Assembly (NCBI GenBank): GCA_965140445.1
Contig: OZ223236.1
Coordinates: forward strand, 3,552,001-3,616,000
Direction of reading: 5' to 3'
Source of the DNA: Candidatus Ozemobacteraceae bacterium
Lineage (GTDB): Bacteria > Muiribacteriota > Ozemobacteria > Ozemobacterales > Ozemobacteraceae
DNA: 64,000 nucleotides
Positions within the stretch are counted from its first letter, which is position 1; every line of letters starts with the position of its first letter. The position numbers were made by a program, and so were the translations under genes. Under the pieces are notes generated by a model that worked only from the letters and a program-made list of their open reading frames with translations, was not told the origin of the DNA and did no database searches. Below are positions 61,817 through 64,000 of the stretch, piece after piece.

Positions 61817-62386
61817 CTATTTTTGAATTTGTGGATCATATCTTAACTCAAGCCTTCCTGATGAAATCAGTGTTCTAAATTTAGATATGTCATTTCCTTT
61901 TAAAAACAAGTCCATAAAAAATTTTCTGGCATTTGGCTCAATCTTTGAAAATGGTGGCTTTGGTTCTATTGAAACCCCACCTACCTTTTGATCCCGGTCA
62001 AAATACATGGTTAAAACATATACCGATAGATTCATTTTGCTATATTTTCCAAATGCATATGAGTAATCTTTTGCCCCGTGATTTCTTAACACCCTTTCAA
62101 CATCCCGAATTTTAAGACCAAACAATCCAATATTTTCAATTGGTGCTTTTAAATGGTTATCCATAAATGGATCATAAACTGGAATTCCATTAAACTTTAC
62201 CCCTGTAGATTCAGATGCAACAGGTTGTTTTGGATCTTCAGTTTTTGAGGAAGCTGGAGTTTCAGTTTTTTCTCCCCCTGGAGCTGTAGGAGTTGCAAAG
62301 AAATTTTTCATCTGCGCAAAGCCAGGTGAAATGATGAAAAACAGATAAATAAAAATTATCCAAAAAATGTTAAGCTTTCTTTTCAT
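61817..62386 (-). CDS. Exported hypothetical protein
   Basis: Signal peptide (…IISPGFA), a Pro/Thr/Ser linker and a globular C-terminus. Confidence 0.7.
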   Translation of the reverse strand: MKRKLNIFWIIFIYLFFIISPGFAQMKNFFATPTAPGGEKTETPASSKTEDPKQPVASESTGVKFNGIPVYDPFMDNHLKAPIENIGLFGLKIRDVERVLRNHGAKDYSYAFGKYSKMNLSVYVLTMYFDRDQKVGGVSIEPKPPFSKIEPNARKFFMDLFLKGNDISKFRTLISSGRLELRYDPQIQK

Positions 62387-62445
62387 AACAAGAGCGTACC
62401 ATATGTTATATTCACTTAACTACAAATTTATTTACAGGAATTTTT

Positions 62446-62898
62446 ATGAGTTTACCGGGAAAAATAATTGAAGTAAACAGCAACCTTGCTATAGTAGAAG
62501 TCAGTCCAAAACCAGAATGTACAGGGTGCCATGCATGTCAGGGTCTATTAGGTGGAGAAAAAAAGTCTTCACTAAAAAGAATTGAAGCCTTTATTGATGA
62601 TGTCGTTCCAGAGCCAGGAGACGAAGTGATTCTTGATACCAAACCAGGTGAAGGAAGCATCGCCGCACTTTTAGTCTTTGGTCTGCCAATGCTATTTTTC
62701 TTCGTGGGACTATTTCTAGGTCCTCAAGTTTCTCTTTATCTGGGCTTTTCTGCTTCAGATTCAACCAGATTAATAACGGGCTTTATTTTCATGGCGATTT
62801 CATTTGCCATCCTGGCAGGGGTTTCTAAAACAAAATTTGCCAGAAGTATAAGCCTAAAGGTTACTAAAATAACCAAAAGTGCCAAAGAAAGTAGATAA
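62446..62898 (+). CDS. rseC: RseC/MucC-family protein (SoxR-reducing system, Rnf-associated)
   Basis: GKIIEV, CTGCHAC, PGDEV, ALLVFGLP and two TMs; near the rnf operon. Confidence 0.8.
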   Translation: MSLPGKIIEVNSNLAIVEVSPKPECTGCHACQGLLGGEKKSSLKRIEAFIDDVVPEPGDEVILDTKPGEGSIAALLVFGLPMLFFFVGLFLGPQVSLYLGFSASDSTRLITGFIFMAISFAILAGVSKTKFARSISLKVTKITKSAKESR

Positions 62899-62927
62899 AA
62901 AAAATCCCTGGATCAAAAAGCCAGGGA
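62897..62927 (-). terminator. Intrinsic terminator of cassette 1 (may also end rseC)
   Basis: Minus strand TCCCTGG-loop-CCAGGGA followed by T8. Confidence 0.85.
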
Positions 62928-63199
62928 AAAAGTGAGAGGATCTTTTGAGAGGATACTTGAGTCATCTGGGGAGATGACATAAGATATTAAAAAGTGTTCT
63001 CCGAATCATAAAATAATTTCTTGATTAATCATGGGACAAACTTCAGTGATTTTTGCTGTGATTGTAGTTTATCTAAGGCTTTAACTATATTTTGAGTGTT
63101 TCTTTTAAAAAAATTTATAAGTTCGTTAGTATTTGCTTTATAACAGTATTTTCATACATTAACGATCCGGAAAACACATTTTTACTTTTTCAAAGAGCT
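62897..63199 (-). ncRNA. Putative sigma54-dependent ncRNA, copy 1 (~300 nt)
   Basis: Bounded by a -24/-12 promoter and a hairpin + U8 terminator; conserved ends; no conserved ORF. Confidence 0.7.
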
Positions 63200-63210
63200 A
63201 TTTATATTAG

Positions 63211-63227
63211 AGCAATTTCGATGCCAA
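63211..63227 (-). promoter_or_regulatory. sigma54 (-24/-12) promoter, cassette 1
   Basis: Minus strand TTGGCATCGAAATTGCT versus consensus TGGCACG-N4-TTGC. Confidence 0.8.
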
Positions 63228-63366
63228 CTTTTCATTTTTATAAATTGATCTCCAAACCATTATAAAAAGTGATAAACTCGCAATTTTCGCCAATTTGAAC
63301 TTATTATACGAATGTGCACTTTTTTTTATGGTGGATTTTAGCACACACATAAGCTTCTAATTTGAC

Positions 63367-63396
63367 AAAAAAAATCCCCGGTCAAAAAGCCGGGGA
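63367..63396 (-). terminator. Intrinsic terminator of cassette 2
   Basis: Minus strand TCCCCGG-loop-CCGGGGA followed by T8; compensatory T-A to C-G pair change versus copy 1. Confidence 0.85.
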
Positions 63397-63674
63397 CAAA
63401 GTGAGAGGATCTTTTGAGAGGATACTTGAGTCATCTGGGGAGATGACATAAGATATTAAAAAGTGCTTTCCGAACCATGTTATAAATTTTGGTGCGTTTG
63501 TTATTGTGAATAATTTGTAGCTTTTTCGTATATATTAGGTTGTTTTAGAGGATGTATTCGGTTATTTCGATTCAATAGTTATTCTGTGAATTTTGCTTTT
63601 TCGTTTATTTTGACCCAGCACTGTTAATACTGCAAACGATCCGGAAAACACATTTTTACTTTTTTCAAAGAGCT
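63367..63674 (-). ncRNA. Putative sigma54-dependent ncRNA, copy 2 (~308 nt)
   Basis: Same architecture as copy 1 with a different ~160-nt middle segment. Confidence 0.7.
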
Positions 63675-63685
63675 ACCCCTACATA

Positions 63686-63702
63686 CGCAATTGTCGTGCC
63701 AA
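63686..63702 (-). promoter_or_regulatory. sigma54 (-24/-12) promoter, cassette 2
   Basis: Minus strand TTGGCACGACAATTGCG, an exact match to TGGCACG-N4-TTGC. Confidence 0.88.
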
Positions 63703-63859
63703 CAAAATTCCTTTTCTGTTTTTGTGATGTTTTCTGCTTACAAGCCTTGTGTAGAGACGTTTCACCTGGAAACAAACAAAATAGTATGTGCTTTTTTTTA
63801 CAATGTTGTATTTTCACACCCACACTTGGAAACACCTATAAATTTATAACTTACAAATC

Positions 63860-64000
63860 AAAAAAAAATCCCCGGTTTAAAAAAAGCCGGGGACAAAGTG
63901 AGAGGATCTTTTGAGAGGATTCGGGAGTCATCTCCTGAGAGATGACCAATTTATGAAAAGAGCTTTCCGGATCATGCTGTAATTTCTTCTTAACTTATAC
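63860..64000 (-). ncRNA. Putative ncRNA copy 3 (3' part only; 5' part outside the window)
   Basis: Terminator TCCCCGG/CCGGGGA + T9, twin ATCCTCTCA, GTCATCTC/GAGATGAC hairpin and 3' stem arm GATCCGGAAAGCTC. Confidence 0.65.

Larger units (their letters stand above)
62897..64000 (-). repeat. Tandem array of at least three ~470-490 bp non-coding cassettes
   Basis: Conserved blocks start at 62897, 63367 and 63860 and are separated by variable sequence. The third unit is cut by the window edge. Confidence 0.92.

Noticed and set aside
62897..63702. MITE/IS or type I toxin-antitoxin repeats
   Set aside because: No terminal inverted repeats, target duplications or transposase, and no conserved hydrophobic small ORF on either strand.
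63696..63914. 72-aa plus-strand ORF from the ORF track
   Set aside because: It overlaps the sigma54 promoter and the copy-3 terminator, has no SD, and is not conserved in the other unit.
62930..63920. CsrB/RsmZ-like sponge based on the plus-strand AGAGGA motifs
   Set aside because: Promoter, terminator U-tract and G-U pairing all indicate the minus strand, where the motifs read UCCUCU rather than GGA.
62897..64000. CRISPR array interpretation of the terminal repeats
   Set aside because: Units are ~480 bp, each with its own promoter and terminator. There is no 25-45 bp repeat/spacer periodicity and no cas gene in the window.

Overview
AT-rich bacterial chromosomal window, mostly housekeeping genes. 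It contains rpoB and the 5' part of rpoC, secDF-dtd, pssA-psd, serS, metG-tatD-aroB-nrdJ, a GldA/F/G-DUF4340 ABC cluster, an MCP, an amidase, aat, a complete rnfCDGEAB operon, a plsY-like gene and rseC. It also has large HEAT- and TPR-repeat proteins and an orphan NtrC-family sigma54 activator. Rnf plus class II RNR point to an anaerobe; a deep-branching or candidate-phylum lineage is inference only. No rRNA, tRNA, CRISPR array, integrase or transposase was recognised. The most striking element is at the right end (62897-64000, continuing past the edge): a tandem array of at least three ~470-490 bp non-coding cassettes on the minus strand. Each complete cassette has a putative enhancer site, a near-consensus sigma54 -24/-12 promoter and a boxA-like motif at the transcript start. 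These are followed by a conserved 14-bp stem enclosing a ~160-nt hypervariable A-rich segment, a hairpin, two AUCCUCUCA anti-SD-like motifs and an intrinsic terminator. This looks like a candidate family of multicopy ~300-nt sigma54-dependent RNAs with a constant scaffold and a variable insert. Other notable items are a terminator-like attenuator in the stand-alone rpoBC leader, a Cys-rich insertion in RpoB, a leaderless wHTH/nucleotidyltransferase-like gene, and a triple GGFPDYENIGN motif under apparent purifying selection.
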